Shown: positions 1-14,044, numbered from the whole stretch's first letter. The stretch is 63,249 nt of DNA, filler included, from Reticulomyxa filosa (GCA_000512085.1; 18 parts of 18 records of this genome joined end to end with filler, not necessarily neighbours in it); one strand, 5' to 3'. A program made the numbers and translations. The notes: generated from the letters alone by a model not told the origin.

Positions 1-153
1 AAAGAAAAAAAAAGAAAATTCTGACCAAATATATCTCATATATCACAACTTGTTAGACGAGTATATTACACGTATATACATATATGTATACGTATACATA
101 TATAAACATATCGAAACAAAACAAAGGTAGCACAATTTATAAACGAGTATTAC

Positions 154-864
154 ATGGTGCTGGACAACTTAGTAAAGTCGAAAGTATATGAATATGAATT
201 GGACAATGAAATACAGCACACAATGAAGGATCAAAGGAAAAGAGACATGTCGCTGGCCTATGGCTTGCTCGATTTTGAACACAACGTTTCACCGGAGGTG
301 AAGAAGTTAACCCTGATTGACCAAATGAAATATGCGCGACAGTCGTATGACATTACGAAAGTGCAGAATTGCTACCAAAGTTTATTGAATTCAATTCAAA
401 GTCTATGGAAATCTGACACCGAGGATGATGCCAAAGCGACACAAATCCATTGGCCGCTCGGCGCGATGTCAAATAACAGCGATGATGACTACACAACCGC
501 AGCTGTGCCCACAGATGACAAGAACTTTCCGGAAAGTTTGGTGCCCAAGTTGCAAGCGGTATATAAGCGCACGCCGTCATTGATGGAAATAGATGTGAAT
601 GCAATACGAGCGATTGACGAAGATGTCGCCAAGATAGTCCAAGAGAGCCGAGAAATTTCGCAATCCGTAAGAGCAGAGCCGGAACTGGTCGCTGTTTTCA
701 CCCACGCGCCATACGTAGGCGATTGGAAACGATTTGAAGCAATCGGCACCGCTTTGAAAAGTGATTATTGCGATATCAATCCCTCAACTGTCTCCACAAC
801 GCCAATGGAAGGTCTGTCCTTTATTGACTACTGTGCAATTTTTATGTATTTTATGCGTATATGC

Positions 865-895
<31 letters not shown>

Positions 896-1269
896 CATAT
901 ATATGCATATGTACATGTGAATATGAAAACACTATGCCAATAGCATTGGATATGAATGACTTACTCGAATTGTGCAAGAAATTCAACTTGTCTGACAACA
1001 TATCATTTGGCAATAACAACGAGTTTCGTTTTTGTCGAAAGCACATTTCCGGCATTCGTGTAAGATATCGCGATTGTCAGATTAGTTCCCCATCTTTGCC
1101 AAATAGCACTTCGTCGTCATCATCTTCATCATCTTCTTCTTTGTGGAATTTGTTTCGATCGGACAGCTCTGACCAACAACGGCTCCAATCGTTGTGGAAG
1201 GACTTTACAAAGACTCACAAACCACAATGGCACACGTTGTATCATAATAACAATAATAACAATAATAAC

Positions 1270-1308
<39 letters not shown>

Positions 1309-2068
1309 CGTATCGACTCTTCTTCGTCGTCTGATTCATCTCAGAGCAAACAGCACTGTGCCGAAGCAACACCGCATCTTCATGTCATGGGCGGAGTTCA
1401 AACATGCTTTGGTTTGACTGGCTGTGTTCACTCGGTGCAAGGACCGGTCTATCCTAACCAGTCTCATATTCGCATGCAAGGATCCACAGTCTTTGCTCTG
1501 CCTGACACCACTCAAATTCTGAATCATGATAGTCCCATTGCACAGGTTTGTTGTTCCTTGTTTCTCTACAATGCTCGCACCTTGTGTTGGATTTCACATT
1601 TGTATTTGCCGTCATTTCATTCGGCCTTTCAACGCCAAAATGTGCGGGAGTACGTACATAAAGGGCCGCACTGAAAGGTAAACAATATTCGAAGGCAATA
1701 ACAATTGTGGACAAATACATAAAAAAAAGAACAGTTTGCATGGAACAAGTGAAGATATTGTTGAACGCGCCCGAAGTTATTTGATCCCCGCAAAACTGCC
1801 TTTTGTGCCATTGAACAAATTTAAAAAAGTCAGACAAATTGAAGAATGGGATCTGAAAAAAGACACTTCACAACCAGCGAAGGATGTGTGGCAAGGCACT
1901 GTTCGAGTCATTCGAGAGCCCTTCCGTGAATCCGAAACAAATCAAATTAACACACAGAAAAAAGATGGTTCGTCCATTGCTCAAACGGAAACGAACGACA
2001 ATTTGTGCAAAATTGAACTGGTGTTCGATTGTGAGATTACTCTCAATAACGAATCAGAAGAATTGTAA
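154..2068 (+). CDS. Hypothetical multi-exon protein with poly-Ser/poly-Asn tracts; may start upstream of the window
   Basis: 506-aa ORF containing a stopless AT-microsatellite intron (GT 833..AG 943). Donor GTTTGT at 1546 can join the 1736..2068 ORF through the acceptor at 1729, or through a 14-nt exon 1664-1677. No recognised domain. Confidence 0.65.
1244..1308 (+). repeat. (AAT/AAC)n microsatellite encoding poly-Asn
   Basis: Run of more than 20 Asn codons in the ORF. Confidence 0.95.
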
Positions 2069-2905
2069 AACTACAAGAAAAAGTAAACAATTCAAAACCT
2101 TTTTTTAATAAACATAAGACTATAAAAGCGTTTATGAATTAAAGAACATCTGTTTTCTACTCTCCTATTCATCACACCAATTTTGCTATAAGCTGCTATT
2201 TGTATATACATCAAAATATTGCACAAGAAAGCAAAAATTGTGCACGTCGCGAGAACATGTCAAATGCAATATTTCGTTTTTTGTAATCTTCTGTGTGAGC
2301 ATTCTTTAATCGACTATAAAAAGAGATATCCCTAAATCGAATGCTTAGAATTGCCTTCATTTAAGATAAATATTTTTTGATATGCTCGTAGGCCTTAAAG
2401 AAAATTTTTATTGACCTTTTATTTTTGTAATCAATTCGTTTAGATCGAACAGTGACATTAAAAAAATAAACACCAAAATGAGCGAACGCAGGTATTTTGT
2501 TACTATTATTTCTACGGTTTTAACACACCCCATCTTATTAAAATGATGGTCAGATATCTGCACTATAAATGCAAATTTTAAAATTCCGGTCCAACATAAT
2601 CTCATCATGTAGAGTTAAAGTAAAAAATTATATATGTACAAATTAATAAAAATTGTTTTAGGAAAGTCAAAATATTTGAACTTAAAAAAACTGAAGAATG
2701 AAAAGTTAAAATGATTGAATTTTTTTGAAATCGACTCCATGCAATGATATAATGTTATTCTTGTTATAATTATATTGAAGGAATTGATCCTTACTTTATT
2801 TGTCTCATACAACAAGAATACAAAAAAACAAAACGCAGCAAAAACGGGTTCTAACAAACTCATTTTTTCTTAAAAGAACAATTTTTTCCTCATAAACTTC
2901 CCTCC

Positions 2906-4714
2906 ATGAAGCAAGGAATGCGATTGGTCCGTTTAATGCCAACAAATGGGCAAAGATTGAAAAACTATGTAACGATGCACAGGATTCACACAATGTCCCC
3001 AATGTCGAGTTTGCGACTTGTCACCCCAAACAGACCACGTCTCATAACAGATCAGCAGAAAGCTGCTTCGACAACCTCAGCGCACAACGGTAACAAAAAG
3101 GGGAAAATTCATGTCCGAGGGAGTGTGGTGGAGATGGACGGTGATGAAATGACACGTGTAATTTGGCAATTGATTAAAGAAAAGCTTATTTCGCCATACT
3201 TGGAAATTAACATCGACTACTATGATTTAAGTTTGCAGCATAGAGACGCCACACACGACGAGGTCACCGTGGCAGCCGCGCATGCTATTCAAGGCTGTGG
3301 AGTGGGTATGCACATTTCGATAAACTTCTTTACAATTTTTTTTTTGTTTTAGCCCCCCCCCCTTTTCTTTGCATGTTTCTTTCCGTTAAAAAAAAAAAAA
3401 ACTGGAATAAATGAAATGACAGGAATAAAATGTGCCACAATCACACCGGATGAACAGCGTGTGGCAGAGTTTGGGTTGAAAGAGATGTGGAAATCTCCGA
3501 ACGGAACGATTCGTAACATATTGAATGGCACCGTATTTCGAGAGCCAATACTTTGCAAAAACATCCCACGCCTGGTGCCTGGATGGACGCAACCGATCGT
3601 CGTTGGAAGACACGCCTTTGGCGACCAATATCGTGCCACAGACTTTGTAGTGGATAAGCCAGGCAAGTTGACTATGAAATTCACACCCAAAGATGGCTCG
3701 CCACCAAAAGAATGGGAAGTGTTTTCGGAATATCCGAAAGATGGTGGTTGCGGAATAGGCATGTACAATACCAAGGAATCGATCACTGGATTTGCCCATT
3801 CGTGTTTCCATTATTCACTTTTGAAGAAATAGTTTCGATTTATTGTTTGTATTAGATTTGCAAAAAAAAAAAAAATGATGTGTTGCACATTTTGGGATAA
3901 TCATAGCCCAATGTACTTGTCAACAAAGAACACCATTTTGAAAAAATACGACGGATTATTCAAAGACACGTTCCAGGAAATTTACGAACGACAATACAAG
4001 AAACAATTCCAAGAGGCAGGCCTTTCGTACGAACACCGATTGATCGATGACATGGTTGCTCAATGTCTCAAAAGCAATGGTGGATTCGTTTGGGCTTGCA
4101 AGAACTACGATGGTGATGTCCAATCGGATATCGTTGCTCAAGGGTTAAACGAAACTTATTTTTCATTGAATATTTGCACCTTTTTTTTTTAACTTAAAAA
4201 GTTGTAGTAATCACTTTTTAAAGATAATCCGTTTGTGTACTCTTCTTTCAGCTATGGGTCTCTTGGCTTGATGACAAGTGTGTTAATGACGCCAGACGGA
4301 CGAACGGTTGAAGCCGAAGCTGCTCACGGAACAGTCACTCGCCATTGGAGATTTTGGCAAAAAGGTCTGTCTCTGCTTTTGGACTCGACATACCTTGGAG
4401 ACATTGTTATGTGTATGTGGGATGGGATGTCAAACAAAAAAAAAGGCAAAGAAACAAGCACAAATCCAATCGCATCAATATTTGCATGGACTCGTGGTTT
4501 GATGCACCGCGCAAAACTTGACGAGAATCCTGCCTTACAAAAATTTTGTGAAGATTTAGAAGCAACATGCATTGAATCAATTGAACAAGGTCAAATGACA
4601 AAAGACTTGGCTTTGTGTATTCATGGCCCAGACCTGAAGAAAGAACATTACATGGAGACTGTGGAGTTTATGGAAACTTTGGGCAAAAATTTTGAAAAAA
4701 AAAGACGTGCCTGA
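2906..4714 (+). CDS. IDH2: NADP-dependent isocitrate dehydrogenase, probably mitochondrial (IDH2-like), 5 exons
   Basis: Motifs [90 protein letters not shown] and [16 protein letters not shown] introns 3306-3422, 3832-3906, 4144-4251 and 4365-4445 restore the continuous sequence. Arg/Ser/Thr-rich N-terminal presequence. Confidence 0.96.
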
Positions 4715-5049
4715 AATTGAGTACACATAAAAAACAATAAACACACAACATTCACTTTTTTCCTCTTTTTGTTGTTTAAACAATTTTATACACTTAATCA
4801 TCGTCACTCAAAAAACGCTTGAGGAAAAAGAAGAAAACAATTCGATGAGCGTTTTTTTTTTAATCTCTTTTTTTGGTTGTTGTAATTATTTGTTGTGAAG
4901 AATCACAGACCTTTATTTTTGTTTTCATGAAAACACACAACACTTTCGCGCATCGATTGATGACAGGTGAAATAATTTTTTTGCTCACCAAAGTCAGCCA
5001 AAAAAAAGTCTTACATGATTTCGCAAAAAAAAAAAGGGGGTTGTTGCCG

Positions 5050-6164
5050 TTAGGAAGGTATTCTCTTTACTAATTCGTCACTATTAAAATACTCAACAAG
5101 ACATTGATTCGAAGCCCTTGTGCACACAACTGGAACAAATTTATCAGGGACATTTGTGAAGATTTTTCCACAATATGTATTCACATTATGAAATAAATGG
5201 ACGCCGTCATTGTGCTTTTTCTTGTCAAAATACACTTTAGACAAGACAATGCAAGCCATAGCACATATATGTTTGTTTTTGTTGGCCCTTTCAAATAAAC
5301 ATAAAAATGGACTCAATGAAGTCTAGCAAACCTAAAAATTGGAAAGTATCATATTCTTTGATGCCATGTTTCAATTTGAAAGAGTTTAGTCCAGTGTTTC
5401 CCATGTCAAATGAAAAAGATGAACAATTCTCCAACACTTGAATATCGCAACGTTCGAGTCTCTCTTGTCCACCCTCACTTTCATGGATGGGAACACCATC
5501 TCTTTTTGGTGGCCATTGGGCTGTCCATACATTTTGTTATATGACTTTAGTTTTTTAATTATCATAACACGATCTTAAAAAATATTTTTAAAAATACCTA
5601 TGCCGACACACCAAGACCCCATTTGGCGTGGGCTCATTATCTGCAATTGATAAGCAAATGAAGAGCATGTGGACTTACTGATAACAAATCCACCTGTGGC
5701 CACTGTATGCAAATAACCATGCGGCAGGTCAAATTGAACAAGATTTTCATTAACAACTGTGGTGCTTTTGCCACGCACTGTTTTGCTCCAAAACACTACG
5801 TCTTCTGTCACACATGAATCATTTGCACAAAATTTCAACTTTTCTTTTACTCATTTACAATACCTTCGCCATTTTTTTTCTTTTTTAAAAAACAAAAAAA
5901 TACAGCCGCCTCACACCAAAATTTTCATTCTGAAGATCAGTCCATTAAAAGAGATAGCACGAGAGAAATAACAAAACTGCAGAATTCAAACACGAGGCCA
6001 AACAAATCAGTTGGAATATTAATTGAACATTGATTGCCCCATCTATCCAACACTTTCTCTATTTTAAGACGTGAGTAACCGTTGACAAGCATGATTTCCA
6101 ATCCAACTTGATTAATGTCAAATGTCGGAGGAGAAAGGGTCAAAAAGCTCAAACAGCTGCACAT
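5050..6164 (-). CDS. Multi-exon protein with N-terminal box-like motif and probable SPRY/B30.2-like beta domain
   Basis: ORFs 5937-6164, 5575-5838 and 5050-5316 plus an exon at about 5330-5520 join through GT-AG introns. AYQLQI..SWCVGI and FVPVV resemble SPRY strands. Start uncertain. Confidence 0.5.
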
Positions 6165-6389
6165 ATTATTATCATAATCTCTTTCTCGGAAATAAATATC
6201 ACACTAGCTGTATTATTCAGCCAGAATATCTCATTAAACTAAGACAAATCGGAATGGAGTTAATAACAGTAATGTTTTGTTAGAAAGAGCTTATAAATAT
6301 TGTTCTTATAAAAAAAAATTGCGTTATACGATTAATCAAAACACCGTGAACCACTCTTTTTTTTTTTAATAACAAAAGGCAAACCCGGC

Positions 6390-7364
6390 ATGTCGGCACG
6401 TCATCATGAAGGCCAAGTCCGTTGTGTGGGCTGGCATCCCACAAATTCTCGTTTGATAATAACGGGAGGAGATGATGCAACAGTTCGTGTTTGGAGATTG
6501 TATCCGGCATCAAACTTTGCTTCCGTGCATTCGACTCACTCACAGAACAACGTAAAAAAGAAAAAGAAGAAAGAACAAGAGACCAAAGACACGTCGGAAA
6601 CGACCCACCCCACGAATGCGGACAATACTGAACATGGTATACTTTTGCACGTTTTTTGTGTTCAAAACTTTTTTGAGTGGCTATATTGCTTTCCCCCCTT
6701 TTTTTTTTTTTTGTAAAAAAAAATTATATGTATGTTTTAATGGTTCTTTGGACATTCAAACGTAGAGTAGGACGAAAGTTAAAACAACAAAACAAAAAAA
6801 AAGGTAATTATTCCCGCCGCAGTAGCGAATCAGATATAAAAGATAAAGATATGTTGCTGAAGCGATACGACCCATCGTTGCAAAACCTGCACCATTTGCT
6901 TGCGATGACAGCATCTGGGATGGTGTGTGCACTGGGCATATCCCCACATTTCAACGGGGCATTGGTGTGCGCAGTGTCTGCCCGAAACTTTAATAAGAAG
7001 TCATGTTTGGACATGTATCAGCTACCTCATTGGACATGGAATTACTCTTCCGTATATCGGCTTCCTTTGCGTTTGCAGCAAAAGCGAAATATCGTTGCTC
7101 CAAAGTCGTTGCAACATTTACAGCAGACAGACAATAGACCGTCCAATCGTGACACCAATGACAACAATCCGATCACCACCACAACAACAACAAATGACAA
7201 TAACAATAACAATAACAATAACACAAGCAAGAATAACAATGACTACGCGGATATCCTAGAATATGACAAAGACTTTGTGGAGCACCCTTCAGTCATACCC
7301 CTTCCATACGGTGCAACAGAACGAGGACTGTGTTTTACACATATTCCAGAAGTGGCTTTTGTTG
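6390..7364 (+). CDS. WD40-repeat-containing protein, partial (runs into gap)
   Basis: HHEGQVRCVGWHPTNSRLIITGGDDATVRVW is a canonical WD40 repeat. Continues after an intron into ORF 6677-7369. Confidence 0.7.
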
Positions 7365-7458
7365 GTTAGGACATACAACAAAACATTTTTTTTTTTTAAA
7401 GAAAGAAAGAAAGCATCAATTTGTATATGCATATATACATATATATATATATATATAT

Positions 7459-7558
7459 NNNNNNNNNNNNNNNNNNNNNNNNNNNNNNNNNNNNNNNNNN
7501 NNTTAATTAATTAANNNNNNNNNNNNNNNNNNNNNNNNNNNNNNNNNNNNNNNNNNNN
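7459..7558. other. Artificial contig linker 44N-TTAATTAATTAA-44N. Also at 8702, 10348, 13345, 14473, 16159, 17726, 36312, 37508, 39923, 42423, 45990, 47759, 56934, 58518, 59958 and 61086 (100 bp each)
   Basis: 17 identical copies; the 12-mer gives stop codons in all six frames, as used when concatenating contigs for gene prediction. Confidence 0.98.
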
Positions 7559-7602
7559 TCAAAAGATACACCAAAAACACACTTTTGTAGAACTCAGAAA
7601 GC

Positions 7603-7728
7603 AAAAAAAAAACAAAGGAAGACAAAAGCAAAAAGAAAAGGTGAAATTTGGCAGCGCCACGATGTTCCTGAGGCGCCGCCTTATTTCTCTTTTTCTTTTT
7701 CGCTTTTCCCTTCCTTTGCTTTTTTTTT
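7603..7728. repeat. Imperfect inverted repeat (about 56-bp arms, 13-nt loop)
   Basis: Left arm caaaggaagacaaaagcaaaaagaaaaggtgaaatttggcagcgcc pairs with right arm ggcgccgccttatttctctttttctttttcgcttttcccttcctttg. Confidence 0.85.
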
Positions 7729-10700
7729 AACGCCCTTTTTGCTTTGATAAATTTTTTTTTTAATGTGTTGCTAAATTATGCAAGTTTTTGCTTTTATTTT
7801 TAGTTTATTTGAATCATGTTTTTAATGATTTATTGTTGAATAAAATTGTGTTATTTTTGAATTACTCCACTTTTTTCTATTTGCAAACTATTTGCACATT
7901 GTCAAAAAACTTTATTTATCCATTTTTTTTATTTTATCAATTATTACTGATTTAGTCTGTTATTTTATGCTTTTGTTTTTTTATTAAACCAAACATGCAA
8001 TTTTAATAATCACGCAATTTGTTTATTTTCCCTTTATTGCTTTTAGTGTATGTATTTTTTTTGGATCGTATCCAACAAAGTTCATCCATTAACTTTTTTT
8101 TTACAAAACAAAAATGAAATTTTTACAACATTCATGACTGCAACAGACGTTAAATACTAGCTTTTTCCTTTTTTTCTTTTTCACAAATACATTTATTCAT
8201 GTTCATTGTGATTTGTCTTTACATTTTCATTCAAGTCAAATCTTCATCCAATCAAATGCATGCATGTGTTTTCTTCACTCAACACTGCCACATCTTCAAA
8301 AAATTTTGCTGTCGAGACATTTTCCATCTATTTTCACGAATGTAATGCTTCAATATGATCCAACATCATTGACACATACATATCCATGTTTGTAGACTTG
8401 TACAACATATATCAACAGCCAGCATATGAAATTGAAAAATTTTTTTACCATCATATAAAAAGCAACATTTCACTGTTTCTTTCTTTTGTTTTTCATTCGT
8501 TTGCATCATTTATTGTCCATGTTTTGGATGTAATATAAAGCAATCAGTTTTAATACCAATCATTTTCGTAATGATTTATTTTTTAAAAAAAAATTGTCAG
8601 GATAGCGCTTTTGAAAGTTTGAAGTTACTTTTCTACTGAGTCTTTCATCGGCAATCTGGAATAATTTTTTTTTTTTAAGCTTTGATTTGAAGGAACGAGC
8701 TNNNNNNNNNNNNNNNNNNNNNNNNNNNNNNNNNNNNNNNNNNNNTTAATTAATTAANNNNNNNNNNNNNNNNNNNNNNNNNNNNNNNNNNNNNNNNNNN
8801 NTGAACTGTATTATTTTGTTCATATTCAATTTTTTTTTTGTTTGATAACGATCATTTCATTCTTCTTCTTCTTAATGCAATAAACAATAAAATAAGACGT
8901 TTACAGAACTTGATAAATTGAGACTACAATTAAATTTAGATTGTTATAAATTAAAAGCAACTAAAATAACATTAATATGCAATTGATGTTATGTGCCAAT
9001 TTAATGAAATTACGAATTACAGTTGCTTTAATGAAAAAAGCGGGTTAATTTGATTCAATTATAACTGAGACAATCCACAACATATCATCAATTTAAAATG
9101 CGAACAGCATTAAAATATTATAATACATTAGAAGGATACACTGTAATCAACCAAATTAAATCATTTATTTACAAATTAATTCGAGAATGGAAAAGCAGTT
9201 AAAACAAGCAAGTAATGAAACTTTAACTAAAATAAATGATATAATTTGTGAATGGATTTATGAATAAGATGAAAGACAAATCTCTGTCAAGATTTACAAA
9301 TGAAATAACTTAATAAAGAGATAATCAATATCATTCATGAAAATATTTCATTCGTATTTACTTTAGATAGACTTGATGAAATATTTAACAAATATAATAA
9401 AAATAAAAAGTATTTTTATGATTGTTTCGTTTTTGTATTAAAGTTCGGATATTACTCTCATTACAAAATCTTATATTCTTAAACTCTAATTTATCAATAT
9501 AATGCAAATGTGTTGTACTTTAATATATGGTTTGAGTCATAACCTTTTCAAAGGCAATTGTACCAACACACTAATGAAAATTATTCTAAACAAATTCATA
9601 TCTTCTATAGATTTGTATAGACCAAACATGTTTTGTGGGTACAACAACAATTTCAAAAAATATTTCGTATTTTTATATGGATTATCTTTTTTCACCTTTT
9701 AAATCATTCATTTGATTTAATTTTTTTAATAATTATACAGTTGGAAAAAAAAAATAGTATCAGTATTTTTAGGAATTAGTGTGAATAAATTAGTGCTTTT
9801 TCAATCTGTTTTTGTTTTTTTTGTAAAATGCAAATGAAAATATTATGTTTTGCAAAAAGCTAGATTTTCTTCCATATCAAAGATAATGTATTCAAGTCAT
9901 TATTATTGTCAGTATTCGCTAAACCTTTCTTTTTTATCTTATAATTGCATAAGTCTATATCAAAAGTGAGAATGCTTATTCTTGAACTATTATGTGCAAC
10001 GAGGTTTTATCATTACTGGTGAAAAAAAAGTTATTTATAAGGACAGTGATGTTCCTTCGTTAAATTTGAAGTGCTAAGTTGAAAATTAAACCATTAGATT
10101 CTACTATATTTGTATTATTATGCTTTTTTAAATTTAATACTTTATCTACTTTATCAGAATCATTTAATTTTTTTTCTACATCTGCACGTGTAAATAATAA
10201 TGTACGAAATGCATTAATTAATTGTTCTTGTTGTTTATTATCTGATATATTAAATTTACTTTGTATTAATGAAAATATTCTCATATCATTTGCTATTTTA
10301 TGTAATAATCTACCATCTATAACATTATTTCTTGCATCTTCTAATGTNNNNNNNNNNNNNNNNNNNNNNNNNNNNNNNNNNNNNNNNNNNNTTAATTAAT
10401 TAANNNNNNNNNNNNNNNNNNNNNNNNNNNNNNNNNNNNNNNNNNNNGTCTTAACACATGTTGCAAGGTGGTTGTATGTTATATCGCATATGTTTTGTGT
10501 TTACTTCGTATGATCGTGTGTTTTTTTAATATGTGTATGGTATACGTAACCACCACAATTTTTTTGTTAATTTGAGTAAAATGATGACCATGAAGACATT
10601 GAATCAAAAAGATTTAGTAGATATCATCAAAGTCTTGTCTCAATTGAAGAATTAGTAGCTGATGAAGCCAAGGCTATCGAAAATACGACCATCAATGGTG

Positions 10701-11789
10701 CATTACCTGAATCAATAATGGATTCAACGAACAATGCAGGCCTGCCACTTCAGTATGACAAAGATGATTATGCAAAAGTAGAAGCGAAGACTAAACAGCC
10801 AAGACTACGACGACTGTCAAAATGGAAGAAGATATGAAAACATCATTCCAAATTTTGTATGGTATTTTTAGCACTCCAATGTTGTTTTTTCGATCAGTTG
10901 ATTTTCTTACACCATTTATGTATGTGTTTATCTTTTTTTGTCTTGGAAATCGAACAAAAAGAGCAAGTTGGATAACTACAACTTTTGGCGATAGTGTACG
11001 ATGATTCAATCTTGTGTTATTTAGTCAACACAACGCCAGTATCATTCAATTATCAAACTTAGAATAGCTCACTTGGATGCTAATCAAGTCGAATACAATG
11101 TCAAACTAGTCTTGTCCAGTGCAAAGCCTTAGGAATAATGTCCACATGTTTTTGGCTCTTGTAAAAGAGATATGTGATGAAATTTACAGATATACCAATG
11201 TCAATAAACACATAAACTTATTATACAATTTATTTTGTTTGTTGTTGTAAGCGTTGTTGATAGCCAATGTCTAAATCAAATCGATTCAACAAATGCACAA
11301 GATAAATAAACAGAATTGATTCGTTTGGCTGCCGATAACAAGGACAGCGAATCCATTGAAGACTTGACTGGATTCCACGATGGATAAACCGCATCCAAAA
11401 ACGATACTTAAATAAATCAATTGAATGGTTTCATTTGGAAATTTTTAATATAATGGACGAAATTAGCAATGACTTTATGTCAAAAGCATCTATCAAAAAA
11501 TATGTAAAAATCCAGATGTCGTTGTGAATTTATGATTAATTATCGGTCGTTCATTGCAACTGGCAGCAGTCTCTACACACAGTCGTTAAGTAGAATATCT
11601 TGGTGTTTATTGATGTCCACCATCGAATAGAAAGCAATATGGCGAGTAGTTGTTTATTATTTTTTACAAACGGAGCAGGAAAATATCGACGAAGAAGAAA
11701 ACGAAGATTGTACGGTCACGGAATTTGTAGAGACCAAAGAATTGAAGTGAAAAGGGAAAAATTCCTCTTTATTCTTGTCACTGTTTCCT

Positions 11790-12800
11790 CTCCATGGCAT
11801 TAGCATTAACATTTATATTGGTATTTGTACTTGCTTTTTTTTTTGGAACCTTTGTTTTTTCTATTCTTTTCGTCGATAGTTGTGTCATTGTCATTATCTT
11901 TCATCGCCTTCACCTTGTTGTCATCTTCATTAAAGCAATGATCTTCTTCTACTCGGGAGCGCTCATCGTCATCGACACTAACTCTTATTTGCTCGTTGGG
12001 ATAAGCTTCTTCGTTTCCATCTGCTCGATCTACTCGAAGCAGCAACTTGGAGCAGCCACTGCGTCTCGAGGAATAAGGTCACAGTTTGGCGAATGAAATG
12101 CAGCATGTCCACGTTGATATCGAGAAAATTGAATATGTCCAGTGCGCACAGCACAAGCTTTATTAGTTCGTGTGGTAGTGATTATCCTTTGTTGTTGTTG
12201 ATGTATGTATCATTTTGTACGTGCTGATACGAGAAATAAACGGCAAATACGACTGTTCCAATACTTGTTCATTTGCCTTCAGCAACTGCGTCAAGTCAGA
12301 TATGTTCAATAGATACGATGGTAGATGACTAATTGGTGTTTTGATACATGATAGAACTACTATTTAGTTTCCGCTAATTCAAACGACTCTAACTTTGATC
12401 AAATGTGGGGTCAATTTTGAAGAAGACGACAACACATAGTAACTGCACACAATACTGCTACCTTTCATGATAGTGACATGTGCATTTTGCACGGTGATGA
12501 TCCACACGATTATCGGAAGACTGTCCTGGATAACGTCGTGTGCAATGTGCACGTGCGTGTAGACGACGAACAGTGTCTTGAGCAGTTGGGCCGAGAGGCT
12601 GTATATTGAACATCCATTCGAACAGTTGATCTATGTCATTGACAATGCATAAGCAAACATATAGATACACTTGATCGCAGGTTCGAATATTTTGCGAATG
12701 GTTATCGTCAGCACTGGTGCAATAGTCGTGTCCAACGTAGGTCGGTCCCATTTCCATCAACTAGCATTGATCCGTCTTGTGACTTATAGTCGTGAATATT
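11790..12800 (-). pseudogene. Degenerate coding-like relic of unknown family
   Basis: GC content above the flanks and protein-like stretches in shifting frames interrupted by stops; no recognised domain. Confidence 0.3.
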
Positions 12801-13444
12801 TATTGACTACTGTTTGTGTCTGCAGTTTGAATCGATACTTTCTAAACCTTAATGATGGACAAAACAGAATTTGCAGCAATATATTAACTACTTTTTTTTA
12901 CATCAACACATTTTCTTTATCTCAAACATATCTTATCCATCATATTCTTGGACTTGCCCAACCTACAAAAGTAAAAAAAATGAAAACGCACATTTAACAA
13001 AAAATTTCTTAACTTACTTGAACTTGAAGAATGACATCTTCTAAAATAAAAAATACCTTTTGCCATAGATCAATCAACAAATGTTAAGCGCCATGATACA
13101 ACAAATAAGTTTAGATTTAAGAACTTCAACACAAAAATCATATACATTTGTTGATAATGATGTTGGGACTCTCATGAATGAAAAAAAAAATGCTCACTTT
13201 GACAAATGCAAAAAAAACTTTAGAATCAAAATTTATAATGCAATTACAAAATAAATGATATTTGAATTTCTTTTTTCAAAATTGTTATATATTCTATTTT
13301 GTCAGAAATATAAGTATTTTATCATTGTCTTTTATTTTTGGCCCNNNNNNNNNNNNNNNNNNNNNNNNNNNNNNNNNNNNNNNNNNNNTTAATTAATTAA
13401 NNNNNNNNNNNNNNNNNNNNNNNNNNNNNNNNNNNNNNNNNNNN

Positions 13445-14044
13445 TTTATCTTTAAAGTTCGAATCCAATATTGAATAATAAATTTTATATCATCTTTTGA
13501 CTGTTCATAATTTATTATTTGTTATTCAATTTCATACAATACAATTTATTTGATTGATTAATAAATAAATTACAAATTATTACCTCCAATCATATCTACC
13601 AAAAAATAAGATGATATCATTGACACATACATATGCATAACGACAGAATGGCGCAACATCATCGCAAACAGGTAATTGATGAAATTGAAAAGTGTTGCTA
13701 TCTTCATCATAATCAATTGACAATCCTGTATTATATTTAAACAACAGCATTTCACAGTTTTGTTTAATTTTGTCTTGATTTATTTTCATCATTTCTTGTT
13801 CTTGTCCATTTTCTGACTTTGATACAAAGCAATGACTGCGAATAATGTCATTAGTTGGCAAAGTATCATCTTTAATAAATTGAAATATATTAAAATCAAA
13901 TACACTAATATTATTTTTTGAATAAGTAATAAATAACAAATGACTATTGCTTCCGCCAATCACTGCACGCACTCCGTGATAATCATCATCATTTCTTCCA
14001 ATGATAATTGGATTATTGTGATTGTCTTTTGCTTTGAATGTCAT
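13445..14044 (-). pseudogene. Truncated copy of an expanded Kelch-like beta-propeller family
   Basis: GVRAVIGGSNSHLLFITY...HCFV...YAYVCVNDIILFFG, followed by a stop and a tail exon SKDDIKFIIQYWIRTLKI. Homologous DNA recurs at about 53700-53830. Confidence 0.7.

Noticed and set aside
1629-1736. Apparent premature TGA or frameshift at the end of the first ORF
   Set aside because: Resolved by an ordinary intron from 1546 to 1729, or two introns around a 14-nt exon
8802-11500. Short AT-rich ORFs and coding-like fragments
   Set aside because: No recognisable domain; probably decayed gene remnants that cannot be assigned from sequence alone
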